From assembly GCA_036172245.1 (NCBI GenBank), contig JAYWIR010000010.1:1984001-2048000 (forward strand): a stretch of 64,000 nt of DNA, in the 5' to 3' direction. Below the pieces are notes generated by a model. It had not been told where the DNA came from. It searched no databases and saw nothing but the letters and a program-made list of their open reading frames with translations. The translations under genes were made by a program, and so were the position numbers. Source of the DNA: Raillietiella orientalis. Lineage: Eukaryota. Of the stretch, positions 11,970-25,400 are shown piece by piece (within the stretch, counting starts at the first letter, position 1; every line of letters starts with the position of its first letter).

Positions 11970-12380
11970 CCCTGCTCCTTCAGCTTGGCACGCAGCTGCT
12001 CCGCCACTTCAGCGTGTCTGAGCCAATCCCTCGGTAGCCTCCACACGTTCGTCAGGGGTCCTTCCCTTTCCCAAGGGGTGCAGCTCCAGTTCGATCCTGG
12101 AACGATCTGGCGGCTCGATCTCACTTTGCGTCTTCGACTCACTTGCAAACACGGGTGGTCGTCGAAGGAAATATGGCATTCCAGATCCATCAGTGAGGAA
12201 GTTGTGCGCACAACTCGCTCACCGGCTTCGAAGCACCGCTGGACGCGAGAGCTGTGGCTTAGAACGGTGCCAGGTGAGGGTGAAATCAAATCCTTCGCCC
12301 ACTCGACAGTGGATTGTGTTACCCTTGGACGTGGACGGGTGTGTGTAGACGTGATCCTCCTATTCCCCACAAACACCCCC
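11970..12380 (-). mobile_element. L1-clade endonuclease end and linker fragment
   Basis: SFDDH (SDH-like) followed by WRLPRDWL, resembling the post-endonuclease WKLN..LL motif. Confidence 0.45.
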
Positions 12381-15369
12381 TAAGATGCGTAAAAGCATCT
12401 CTGTGCACCGTGTCATGCTGTCTTCTGCGGTGATCGCAATTCTCTTCTGCCTTCGAGGCGTGGTCGTGTCCCCGAGAGCCGACAACACACAAGGGCGCCA
12501 TCTCCGTCGTGCTCTTTTTCTTGAGGACGACGACGAGACGATCCAATCGGTCTTGTTAAAGGATGAGTTCTCCAACACCCATCAGAAAAAGTAGAGGGCG
12601 CTAGGAGATTGCTCCCTCCTATTATGTCTCTACTCTTAACAGATACCTATTTTTTTATTCATTTATTTCCTGCCTCTTTCCCTTTTTCCTTGATGTGGAC
12701 CTCACCGACCAGCTGACTGGCTTTCCTGCCGCCTCTTCCGGATTGTTCGAACTGTGGCAGGAACCAGAGTCCAACTCTGCATTCTTTGTCTTGATTGTTT
12801 ACTGTGAGAAGTTACTATGCATTTCCTGGAATCACCGGAGTGAACAAACTAGCCTTGCTCCTTACTATGTCCTTCACGAGGAAGTAGGTTTGGCGGATAC
12901 CGAGGAGGAACTCTCGAACAAGACGTCATTTTCTCAGTGGTCAGAGGACAAGGCGACGGAAGTTTCTTAGCGAAAGAGGAAGAGGAATGGGATTTCCTTC
13001 CAGACATCACGGTGCTACTCGACGGCTGATCTCGTTGATCCGTTGCTCCTGCGTTACGGCAACAGCTCACTGACGGATTTTCATTGCCAATGAGAACTGC
13101 CACAGAAGTCTCAGGTGAGTTTGTCAGGCAAAGATTTCAGAAACCTCGAAAAAAGAAGACTCACTTCCAATGGAGAATGTTGTAAAAGATCATGGCTGGT
13201 CTTGATTCTGTTCAAAGAAGCCACTTCCGATAGAAGACAGTACGTCACGAAACACCAAACGATTTGAGAAAATTTTCTTGCATTATTTCTTATTGTATAG
13301 ATAAAGCACTGCACGAAAAAAAACTGTACAAACACCTGGAAAGTTTTTTTATCTGGGTAAAATAAAAAAGCATAAAGACATTCAGTTTCCAAGGTGGTTC
13401 TTCGATAGTTTCGATGAACACGTAGATGCTACGATTTACCTCCCAGACTTGTAGTTTAAAGAATTAAAGCATAAAATCAGCGATCAACAAGTTAATGTGG
13501 GAGATAATCAAATTAAATGCAGTGTTCTCTTGGCAGTGTCTGTGATGTCAGATGGTATAACACAAGTAGCACTTTAGGAGCAATAGATCACAAACTTTTA
13601 GCGAAGGTTCATGAATAACGAAATCTACATAATAACGAAAATCGTTTTAAATTCAGTTGCTGCATATAAACTGAAATAGAAAAAAAAACATGAAGCAGGT
13701 TTCATTTCTAAATTTTATACCACATGGCAATCGATTTTTAAAAGATCATTAGTTGTTGAGATGATGTGACTGATGGTTATATTATAAGAACTACAGGCAG
13801 AAAAATATTGAGAATGAAGATTACGCTATCGTTTATTCAAATTTTCGAATTCAGTTTACATTAAGATGAGTAATTGTCTTTCGGTATCGTACTCATTTAA
13901 GATATGAGTGAAACTGCATGAGAGTGTGCATTGAATCCTCACGTTATTATGTACAAAATACTGTTTCCATGAGTCCTGAGTTACATACCTCACCAAAAAA
14001 CGCTTCATCTTACAATAGTTCAAAGATCCTCTACTTTCGAATTAGCTTAATTAGGAACAAAGATGAATTAGTGAAGAACGTGGAAGCAACAGTAGTACGT
14101 GAAATATACAAATCTTAGAGAACCTCATGTCAAACATTCATTCGTAGACCAGTGATATCACCTTTACCACTTTCCTTTCCATTGATTTGGTTATAGCATG
14201 TTAACGAACTTATACAAATTATATTTATACAAAAAATACAAATATTTTGCCAGCTAACAGCATAAGATATTTGGAAACTTTATATCGAAATGTAATGAAA
14301 AAAATGATTTACAAGATACATTTCAGAAAGGTTTTCTTGCTTCGGAATTTGTTCCTAGAAATTGTTTTGAAAAATATAAGCTATAATTATTTGTTCGCAT
14401 CATGTTACATTAGGAACCACAATATCGAGTTATAACTCAGTTACCTTGTCTTATTCAGATGTGAAAGACTAAAATACGGAAACCAGTGTTGATGTTTCCA
14501 TGGTTGGTTCCCGGCTGAACTGCCAACCGGTTTAAAATTCAAGCAGATTTCTGGAAAACAATGGACACTTAGATTTCTTTTTAATAACCCCATTTTAGAT
14601 AGGAACAGTAATTAAGGAAACTAAATACTTCTAAAATATATTCTACTTTATTTTGTAAAAAAGTAGTCCTGAATCTATAGTTTCTTCTATAAAAAGAAAA
14701 TCACAGTTCTAAGACAAATGAAAGTAGCTACTTGAACTATAAAACGAAATGTGTTAAAAATACACTAGCCAATGAAAACAAAACTTATGTTAATATATCA
14801 GAAATGCTTCGGTGAAATCACTAGTTATGATCAATTGCAGGGCATAGTCCGATTTGAATGAACCGAATAGCATCTCTGTTTTCATTTAACAGTAATTTTA
14901 AAACCGGAAAAACTAGCACGAAGTTAAAACGGTATCTAATTTCCAAGTACAAGAAAAGTTTCATTAGATATGTTATTTGATATCACTTATTTGAAAAACA
15001 GATTCAGATTCGAGAAAACAAAGATTAAAAACAGACTGTTGACTGAAATGAATAAATCTCTATTGTTCATACTGACTATATATAAGAGGTAACATTCAAA
15101 TTATTGCAAGAAGTAGTTCTTCTGTATTATGATCTTTTATAAAAGAAAGAAATCATGAAGACTCTAAGAAGAACTAAAAGAATTGGCAGCAGCTGAATTT
15201 AAAAGAATCGATATTTTCTGAAATCTCAAGAATATGATTCATACCATTAATTTGAGAATTTGATTCGCGCATTTAAGGAAACATTTGTGCGTAATATGTT
15301 GGTACCAGTGCTATAACTTCCTCTGGTTCCAAGTGCTCGGTAACATTACGGATTAGAAAACAGCAAACA

Positions 15370-18300
15370 ATGATCGGTTTGGGTGGTCCTGCTGCTATTT
15401 TAGTGCTTAGTAAGTATAAAGAAAGAATCACTTCAAATATTGTTCAAGCTTAATGCATTATTTGTCATTTTGTTTCTCGTGCTATATTGCATAGCCATTT
15501 AAATTTGGCGTCTGTAATGCATGCGTCAGTTTTCCAATAGAGATTGATTACAGCAATCCAAATTTATGAAACTTTCAAATACCATGTTCAGATGTCGTAA
15601 AATAAGTCGTTTTCAATCTATTCGTGTAATCTTAGCATTTGTTGTTTTGCAAACTTGTTACTTTGCAGCTTTTTCCATTGTATGTCATTTAACAATATTT
15701 GTGCTTATTTTGAGGTAGACATTAGATGATTTTGAAAGTGACTATTAAGTTCTCTTTCATTTTATCTTTTGAGAGAATCAATCTAGTGCGTATAATCTCA
15801 AAGCTTAATTCGGAAAGCCACAATTTGTAAGGCATGTTCAGATTTACAAAAGCTCAGGAGGAAGCTGAGCATGCTTCTCAAATTTGTATCCTTTCAGTGT
15901 TATCATACTAGAAGTTGTTTATGCGATGGCCAAGTAAAAGATGTTTGCCTTTCCCAGACTGACAGCATTTGTTGATAATATGGTATTATCCATTGATGCA
16001 AAGAAACTTGCAACTAGTGACAACTGTTCTAATGCTGAAGACTTAATTCTAAGCATAAAGTCAGGAAAATTGTAGCGTGCGACCTTTGAAATTGGATTTG
16101 AATTTTCTTTAATCAGTGATTCCTTCTGATTTTAGTGTCATGTAGGAAAAATTTGTTCTTCACTTAGTTTTGATGGCATCAGCATGTGTTTTCACATTCA
16201 TAAGCTTGTTTGGAATAGTTACCAAGCATTAAGCATTTTTGATTTTTGGGCTTCAAGTTGATAACGCCGCAATTTTTTTGTAAAGTGTTTCTTTATTAAA
16301 TTTTGTTCTGGTGATAGTTTTAAGGAGTTTTGTGTTTATGGTTTTATGCTTGAAAAATACTTTGAGTATCTCTTATATGAAAGTATGCAGTTATATTATG
16401 AAGTTACTATATGACATACATTTGCAGTTTAGTGAAAAATATGAAACATAGGTCTATATTATTCTTTCCCTGTGTTTTGTTCTTGTAAGTTTTTATGTAA
16501 TAGTTGTGGCTTCATGAACTAGAAGCTGTCATTTGAAACATTACAATGATAAAAGTCAGAAGAGAATTAAAAATTAGGGTTTTAGATTATGAATTCATAA
16601 ACATATATCGTGCTTCACTTGGTGGTTATTAAGCATTTGAAAAGAGTAAATCATGGCAGTGCTTTTTATTAATAAAAAAAAAATCCTCTTTACAGGTCAG
16701 AATACTAAACGGGAGAGTGGTAGAACTGTCCAGCTTGGTAATATCAATGCTGGAAAAGTAAGCCTTTAAAAATAATCAGAAAGATATCTAGCAATAATTT
16801 CATCTCAGGCTGTAGCAGATGTGATCCGCAGTTGTTTAGGCCCTCGTGCCATGCTTAAAATGCTTATGGAGCCCACTGGTGGCATTCTCATGACAAACGA
16901 TGGAAATGCGATTCTTAGGGAGATAACTGTACAGCATCCTGCAGCAAAGTCGTTGATTGAAATTTCCAGAACTCAGGATGAGGAGGTAAAGTGTTTTTTT
17001 AAGGTGATAGAATTAATTTGCATTTTCAGGTGGGTGACGGTACAACATCAGTAATTGTGTTAGCTGGCACAATGCTTTCTGCTGCTGAACCATTTCTTTT
17101 AAAAGGAACACACCCAACAGTGATCATTAGGGCATACCGGCAAGCTTTGGAAGATGCAATTGTTCTTCTGAGAGAAAAAATCAGGTAAGGATTTCTTTGT
17201 TAATAATGTTTATGTGTGAAATCCATCCAGCATCCGTGTTAATGCTGATGATGACGAGCAATTATCAAAAGTAGTGCAGGCATGTGTGGGCACCAAGATG
17301 TTTGGTGACTGGTCTGAGTTCACTAGCAGTTTGGCCATCCAGGCAATCCATGCTGCTATTTTGCGAGAAGCTGATGGCAGCATAGATATTGATATAAAAC
17401 GTTCCATTAGAATAGAAATGGTCCCTGGTGGAACAGTAGAAGACTCACGAGTTGTACGAGGTGTAGTGCTCAACAAGGATGTAACTCATCCTAATATGAG
17501 GCGAAAGATCAGCAATCCACGCATTGTGTTATTGGATTGCCCACTTGAGTACAAAAAAGGAGAAAGCATGGTAGAGAATGTGTTCCTTACATTCAGGTTT
17601 CTAACTGTAGGCTTAGACCAATGTTGAGGTATCCACTGAAGATGGTTTTACACGCTTGTTGGAACTGGAGGAGCAGTATGTACACCAGCAGTGTATTGAC
17701 ATTTTGCGTGTCAAACCTGATCTTGTATTCACGGAGAAAGGCATTTCTGATCTTGCTTCTCATGTGCTACTTAAAGGAGGAGTATCTGCTGTACGACGTC
17801 TGAAGAAAACAGACAACAACCGGCTAGCCAGAGCTACTGGTGCCTGTATTGTCAGCCAGACATCTGAATTGCAAGAGAGTGATGTAGGCACACTGGCAAA
17901 GCACTTTGAGATTTCCAAAATTGGTGATGAATCTTACTGTTTTGTAACAGAATGTCAGGGCCCAGGAGCATGTACCATTTTGCTGAGAGGCCCTAGCAAA
18001 GATGTCCTCAAAGAACTCGATCGTAATTTTCATGATGCCCTGCACGTAGCCCGTTGCATCATTTTAGAACCATTTTTGGTCCCTGGTGGAGGAGCTACTG
18101 AAATGGCTGTAGCCCATTTGCTCACAGAAAAAGCTAAGCTGATGACTGGTGTAGAGCAGTGGCCTTATCGTGCAGCAGCTTCAGCACTGGAAGTTATTCC
18201 TTGCACATTAGCACAGAATTGTGGAGTCAATCCTGTGCGAGTTTTGACTGATTTAAGAGCAAAACATGCTGAAGGTGATGTCTACCAAAACTGGGGCATA

Positions 18301-18504
18301 AATGGAGAGACAGGGGAACCTGCTGACATGAAGCAGCTAGCTATTTTTGACCCACTAGCAGTTAAATTGCAAGCTTACAAAACAGCTGTGGAAACTACCA
18401 TTCTGCTTCTACGTATTGATGATATTGTCAGTGGCTCCAAAAAAAAGAAAGGAGATGATGGGGCTAGTCAGCCTGCTCCCCAGCCTCCCCAAGGTGACGA
18501 TTAA
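15370..18504 (+). CDS. CCT3: T-complex protein 1 subunit gamma (CCT3). Exons 15370-15409, 16696-16757, 16809-16985, 17030-17184, 17231-17570, 17617-18504
   Basis: The spliced translation MIGLGGPAAILVL/SQNTKRESGRTVQLGNINAGK/AVADVIRSCLGPRAMLKMLMEPTGGILMTNDGNAILREITVQHPAAKSLIEISRTQDEE/VGDGTTSVIVLAG.../...NKDVTHPNMRRKISNPRIVLLDCPLEYKKGESM/TNVEV...LLLRIDDIVSGSKKKKGDD is collinear with animal CCT3. All five introns are GT..AG and keep the frame. The GDGTT ATP-binding motif is intact. Confidence 0.97.
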
Positions 18505-18620
18505 AAAACCCCTTGAATTTAAAAATACAGATAATTCATAAAATGGTTTATTGGTTCTGATGATTATCTGACAAATTCTTGAAAATCAAACAAGGTACCC
18601 TTAGTATTACATAAGAATGG

Positions 18621-18626
18621 AATAAA
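18621..18626 (+). terminator. Probable CCT3 polyadenylation signal AATAAA
   Basis: AATAAA about 115 nt after the TAA stop, in an AT-rich 3' region. Confidence 0.5.
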
Positions 18627-21559
18627 ATCAATTATGTTTCACATTAGTAACTGTCGAGTTAGGTATAAGATTCCAAGAACACTTAACTCGGACGGGGTAT
18701 GCGTGTGGTACCTATTTATGAAAACATCACCTCGAGAACATCTCATTTAATTTCCTTTGAAGAAGAATCTTGTATTTCCAAACATGGCTTCAAATCGTAC
18801 TACAAAAGGAGCTGTATTCAGTTGATACTTTTAAAATACAACACAGAAACCCGATGTAATACCTATCGTTTGTTCCTCAACACTGAGATTAAAAAAAAGT
18901 GGTACAAGATGAGATAACATATCTGAGGACGATCAAAACAACAAAAACCAGGGTTAGAACTCTACCTAAACTAAGGTTTCCAAAAATTTTCCGTCTACTA
19001 CTTTGGAACCTATAAAGAGAATTGTTCGCACGGATGTGCAGTCAAGCTGAGCATACTTAATGCACGACCAGAAGTTTCATACCTCAAAATTCAAATGCTA
19101 ACAAGTATTTGATACTTTTTTCAGGAAAAGTATCGGAAACGCCAAAAACAGTTTGAGGTATACATCCATTACTTTCTATCTTGATTTCAGTATTTAGAAG
19201 ACATTGTTTCCCTTTTTTTTTTTTTTTTGGCAATAGCAAGTAAGTAATTTCATTTATCCTGAATATATCATAAAGGAAAGTGGAGACGAACGAATGAGAA
19301 TCTGTTAATCTTGTTTTCTACACAACCAAAATACCCAAGCTGTTGTAAGAATGTGGCTGCCCTGAAGCATTTCCCCTTGCGATTGGCAGTCGATGGATAT
19401 ACCCTTTCAAGTTCTCTGCCAGCTATCCTTGAATTCTGCGACATACTAAATCTTTTCCCTGGGACAACTTGATAATTTTGCTAGCTGAATCTTGCCGATG
19501 CTCTTTTGAAATATTTTTAAGTTTCATCAAGTTTTTTTTTTTTAAATACTGCTTTCTTTTTTGCACTTGCGCTATAAGCGAGTAAGACGTCTATTAAATC
19601 GAGGATTGTGGCCATTCATATGCTCTGCTCATGAATTCACTCTTGAAATCTACATGGCAGCAGCTTCCGGACTGCATGAAGTCTTGGATTGTAATTAAAA
19701 AAAATTAGACACTTTGGGACTTTGGCATTTTTCTAGATATTTGGATTTCATATGACCGTTGTGAAAATTATCTACACCATTTTGCATGCATAATATTGAA
19801 AAGTCTGTATCCTCAATAATATTCGGTATTTAATAAACGGCAATGGTTTCGGTTTTGTCAACAGGAGAAACAACGTTGATATTTTATTAGTCATACGGTG
19901 TAGCGGGACGTCGTTCTCATTCCTATTTTCTTTAAAGTAGATTTATGACAGACATCTCTGTTCGTTAAACCAATCCCATTTTATGCAATCTCCTTGATTC
20001 TTGCTTCCAATCTCCAATGCCTTTTATAATTGTGTAATCTATAGAAACTTTCCCTTCCATCCTTACAGACATACGTATGTGTTATATATTAAAGTATGCT
20101 TGGTAATGATGATTCCCTAGATCACGATCTTTTGGATACGGATTCTTATGGTAAGTGGTATGGAATCGGGATCGAATTAGTTGCAGGAATTTCCACATGA
20201 AAGATGATTTTTCTGATTTCCGTAATTGCATGTGATAATAAAACTGAAGTATTACTAAGAGTATACTTTTGCATTTTTTTTTTTTTTTTTTGCCACTTGA
20301 TAACACTGATTCTCAAAACGAAGCGTTATTTTTGCTCCGCAGCATCCGTTCGTTCCTCGTCCACAAGTAAACAGCTGATGGTTTCTGCTTCGTAATGGTA
20401 TACTTCTTACTCACAAAATGTATACACGGCCAGGATCGTTTCTTCATATCGGAACTGCGGATGACACAGCAGAAAGCCTCCCGAATCGTCTGCGTTGTTT
20501 TTATGGCCTCACGCAATGCTTTCATATCTTTTTGGATGAATGCTGGATGTTTATCTTGGGATTGCTTAGAATTACGTGTAGAAGTCTGATTCTCTGCCAA
20601 GCTGTCACTAGTGAGGGATTTCACGCTAGCTCTCGAACTGTGGAACACGAAATTGATAAAGCCATCCCCAGTCGAGAATACCTTCTTCGTTGGGATGTGG
20701 GATGAGTCACAAGGGCTGTATCGGCAGATAGCTGCTGATACAAGGTAAAAATAAGGCCTAAGAATGCGTCTTGGCTCCGAAATACAAATGGTGCTCTCTC
20801 TCTTTTTTCTTTTTTTTCCCTAAGAGGTAAGTTTTCCTCTGATCAACAACTGATTTCGTGGGTCGTTTCCTCTGATTAAACAAGACGCTCTTGCTTTCGT
20901 TAAGCGAGGTGACCTTAACGAAGACGAGCGAAGGAATCTGACTCTGCGACCCCATGTTCCAGGCTGGACTCTGTTCGTTCCCGTTTTCCCTATCAACAGG
21001 AATGCCACGAAAGATCCTTCTGTACGCGCCATTTGGTTAATTCGGTATCGCAATTGATTTGCTTACACCCGATTCTGGGCGCGTTCGCCCGAGGACCCCG
21101 GAAAACACATCCCCAGGGCAAATTGGCAATGCATCTCTGCCAGGAGTTTTCACTTCCAAGACTGCCCTCCAAGCAGATCGTACGAACGATTTTCCGTCAG
21201 GAAGGAAGTTTTTTTTTTTTGTTCTTTCGGTCTGATGGAGCCGTGGTCTGTGTGTGTGTGTGTTTTTCTTGCTGAGTGAAAGCTGCAACCGAAACCCTTT
21301 TTTTCATTGCACCCTCTTTGTATCTTGTTTGAAATTTGTATATAAGCTTAGATAGGATTCTCACGAAGTTGGACAAGCATTTCGGTAGTCCATTTTTACT
21401 TAACAGGAAGCCACTTATCTCGAGCTCTGGGTAATTATTTTTAATTGGCACCATGTTTACAAATTATGTTGATTGTGCAAAGAACACAATTAAAGATGTA
21501 ATTATATGGGTGCTTCGAACATGGTTAAGAATGCACATATGAGGAAGCAGTTATGTTAT

Positions 21560-22080
21560 GCAAACAGAATCGCTGATTATCTTTTCTTAAGCAGAAGTCA
21601 TTAGCAAGTCGATTAAAGAAGCTCGAAATAATGAAATGGATGATCTGATCTATTTTTGCTCTTCCTTTCGGAAATCCTTAAGAAGCCTTAAGAAGAGTGC
21701 AAAAAAGCAAAGAAATGCCGAATTGCTTTTAGATGCAAATGAACACAAAAAAATGCTCGTCTCGGAAACCTTGGGAGTGTGTAGCAACTGCAGAGTCCTC
21801 CTCCTTATCTGCTTTTGAAAATGCAATCGATCCATTAAAAATTATTCGAGCAATGCCACGAAACGACCCACCCTTATAGTATGACATTGTAAACCTATAA
21901 CAGTTTCTTTGAATGCAAATAGGGAGGGAGATCCAAGCACTGACAGTTACGAAAGCACCATGCCGCTCTTGAATGTCTGCTACGGAGTCGCAAGCAACTA
22001 TGGAGGAACATTTCACGGAATGGAAAATAACATCGAAACATTCAGCATCTGGTCAGCATTCAGTAGCCCATGCAAATTGC
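21560..22080 (+). mobile_element. hAT (ZMYM1-like) transposase remnant
   Basis: QTESLII...ISKSIKEA and CYGVASNYGGTFHGM...SPC resemble hAT motifs QNE.I...IK.A and CYDGASNM.G...G...HC. Stops are present. Confidence 0.45.
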
Positions 22081-22852
22081 CGGGATGGGATGGCATGACG
22101 GACTTCTAGAGCTGATTAGTGCCCGCGAGAATTTTGGGCTGAATCAGCTCCTTCCCCAAGATTGTCGAATCACACATTGAGCGCTTCACACCGCAGATCT
22201 TTCCCCAGTCCGACCCCCGGTGGGTCATTTTCTTTTAGGACCATCCCTACTGCAATCACGCAAACCACGGTGCACACACCGTCACCGATGCGGCCCGCGC
22301 GGGAAAGACACCTTCCTGGCCGCACAGTTTGCAATTCGGAGTCCATGCAGAAGAGTCCAAGATGGGGTTCTCCCGCACGCCCGGATGTTTATCTCCCTCT
22401 CCAGGAGTCCTGAGAGAATGTCTCGCATGTCCGTGGGTCAACTTGGTCCTTCTGAAGAGGATGCTCCTCAGGAAGAACGCGACCATCACCCGCACGATAG
22501 GGCTGTAGCGGGGAACGCCTTCGAAGAGTCCTCCTGGGACTTCCAGCGTCCTCCATATCCGTCGCTCCGCACAGATCACGCTCCCAGGGATGCCAGCGGA
22601 TCTACACACATTCAGGTGAAGTTTTCAGGGTTTGGGGTTTCCCTTCCACGACTGGAGAGAGGAAATGCCCGATTCCAGAAGGAATTTTCCATACTCATGT
22701 GGGCGGCGCTCAACGAACAGTGCCCAGGTGGATAGGGAAAATGCAGCGACCCATTTGAAAATAATTCATGGCATTAATTTTGCTCTGTAAAGGGGGAGGG
22801 GGGGGGGGGAAGAAGCATTTCCGAAACGTTTTTTTTTTTCCCTTTCTTCTTT

Positions 22853-22886
<34 letters not shown>

Positions 22887-24799
22887 AACTGGCAGCTGTT
22901 GTTATTACCCGGAAACCGTAAGTCCATTCTTCGAAAGCTCCAAGAACTTCTGAATGAAGCTTACAATGAGAATTCTATTGAAAGGGGGTTGTCGGCGTGC
23001 CTGGATTCCTCCATACATCTATTCATCTCACACAAAGAAAAGGTCTTTTTAGCACGCTGAAATCGAATTTTTTCTGATCAAGTAAATTTTGGGTTTGTTT
23101 TACTCGCGTCAACTTAGCCGCGAGCGTATGAAGTCATATGTTGACATTACTGGGCATGTGTGACTTTCATTCACCTCATAACTCTTCTGGGAAAACAGGG
23201 AACAACAGAGTTGTTTTTGTATCTACACGACGAAACAGAAATCCGACTTTGAAAAAAATGCATCAGTCCTGTCTTCAGACCCGGATAAGCATGATGAATA
23301 AAAAGTTCGAGTTTACGTGCAATGAAATGTAACGTCCGTGCAATGTGTAATTTGTGATGGAATTCGTAGTTTCATCGTTTTTCAGCTCTCGAAGCACCTG
23401 ATAGACGTGATCGAAAGAGGGAGGTGGAAAACCATCTAAGAGTTTGGAATCCACCTTCGTTTCGAATTGCATGCTCGAGGTATTTCACGATGACATCGAT
23501 CGTTCTTTTTTTTTTTTTTTTCTCTTCCTCCCCGTACAAATGAGAATTGGTCCGTACAGTGCTCCCATTTCGAGTCGGAAAGAACGAAGGACAGTGTTTT
23601 CGTTTGGCTTATTCGATACCGATTCCTCACCGCGCAGGCTTCACCCTCGATTTGTGGGAAACCGAGACCATACGAAAAAAAAAGAAAAAATCGAAAAAAA
23701 TACACAAAAGCAGTTTTCATTTCGGGAGGTCGAGAAAGCGGGGATGAAGTTTTCGAAGCTAACGTACGTTCTACAAGCTCCGAAACCCATTGCGTACGTA
23801 CCATAGCAAGTCGGGCGGCTGTACCAAAGTGTGTCACGTGCTTTCGCGTTGCTACGAAACCGGTCGGTGGTTACAGAGCAGAACTTCAGCTCCTCACCCG
23901 TGACACATTTGATGGGTTTCCGTAAACCGGCCGTGCAAATGGGAGGCCTCGATCACCACTTGCCGCAGATACTGATCTGTTTACGTGGATATCCTTACTT
24001 CGGGATTCGGTTTTATTACTTCTCCGGTGGCTCTGATTAGCTGTGTGAATCCATCAGGTACGCAACCCGCGTTAAAAATAAGCCATCCTGGAGAAAAGAA
24101 TTCCCTTTCAGGGATAATCGATAACTTCGAGCAGAAACATGCATTAGCCGGCAGCAGCGTGATCGATAACGTGGACTGAAGCTCCTCGTGTCCGGGAAAA
24201 AAATCGGACCGAAATTCCTTCTTATGATGAGGTGAGTGCAGCTCAGCAAAAGAGTTCAACAGGGATCCCATCATGAGCGCAGGTTGAGAGGAGACCGCTG
24301 TTGCCCACAGTATCGTTTTCTCATTACTGTCCATAATGGGCGGAGCATGCTTCTCAGAGTGCTTCTCTACCACGAACGAGACCTCAGGTTCTCACAGTGC
24401 AGTCACAGCCATATTCTCATCCTCACCGCCTTGCCATTCCTTATCAACGCCATATTTCTAGGAAATCGGAATGCTCGCTTTATATCTGCTGGAGTCGCTG
24501 GAAATGCTCCGGCAGCTTTTCCTTAAGGGCAAAAGATTGGTTGTAGGCTAAATCCGAATGGACAAGGCCTATCTCTTTCCTGTACTGACGGCTGGAATTT
24601 TTAATAGCCCATTCCATTCCCGAACAAAGCGAACACCATGAGCTTGCAGTGCAGGATCACTCTCATTTGTTTCTCCGGTACCTCACATCCTATGCTCTAC
24701 ATTTACTGAACAGCTTGGAGATTTTCTGGAGATGTTATCGCAGCTTCAATAGACGAACATTTCTTATCATGGAGGACAGTGTCCGGTCTAGTTTTATCT

Positions 24800-25400
24800 G
24801 TGGGTGATGTTTGCTATTTTCGATTTTGTGACCATAGTCATCCATGCCGGCTCCCCTTCAACGATGTCTGACGCGTGGGTTTGTGCCTCTGACATGGACA
24901 CATGCGCCGGGTTTCAGGGGTCATTACGAAACAGTACTGTTATATCACACACGCAGCAGATCATCAAAATGCAAAGGATCTTTATTTATCAGAGAGGTCT
25001 TGCTGAGGCATGCTGAATTGGGCAAGAATACAGTAAACTGTGTTAGCGGTTTCTTGTCTGTGAGTTTCCTCATCCTCTCCAGAAGTGAAAGCTTTCTAGC
25101 TAAATATATTTAAGCAGAAGATTTTGCAAGACTCAGTTAGATGAAGAGCAATCCGAGAAACCGATGAAGCCCCATCTATTTCTCGGGCACGGCCTCTGTG
25201 TCATCTTCATGGTATTTTTACAATCTTTTCGTTGGTCTTCATGACGATGCCAGCTTTGGTCTGTGGGTGCACTCGAGTTATCCTGCCAATGGGACATTTC
25301 AAATCGATATTATCAGACTACCAGCTCACCTTCCTGTCACCCTGTTCACGATCTATAAGAGAGGTATCCTCTGGGAATGTTCCAGTACTTAGTCGAGCTC
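24800..25400 (+). mobile_element. Possible Penelope-like RT remnant
   Basis: AIFDFVTI, LHDDASFGLWVH and HLPVTLFT occur in the order of Penelope-like RT motifs (SFDV.SL, YVDD.F..W, HP.I.FT). Very decayed. Confidence 0.3.

Noticed and set aside
12695..13120. Possible exon of an upstream gene (donor-like CAGGTGAGT at ~13112)
   Set aside because: Stops interrupt the candidate frames, and EEEWDFL..LL..ATEVSG looks more like a hAT remnant. Too weak to call.
17610..17616. Apparent in-frame TAG in CCT3
   Set aside because: It is the intron 5 acceptor; splicing at 17616 restores collinearity with CCT3 orthologues.
22200..22740. Possible RT fragment (GIPGSVI) on the minus strand
   Set aside because: A single weak motif; I cannot distinguish LTR from non-LTR origin or from chance.
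22792..22882. Poly(G) and poly(T) runs
   Set aside because: Simple homopolymers with no associated element identified.
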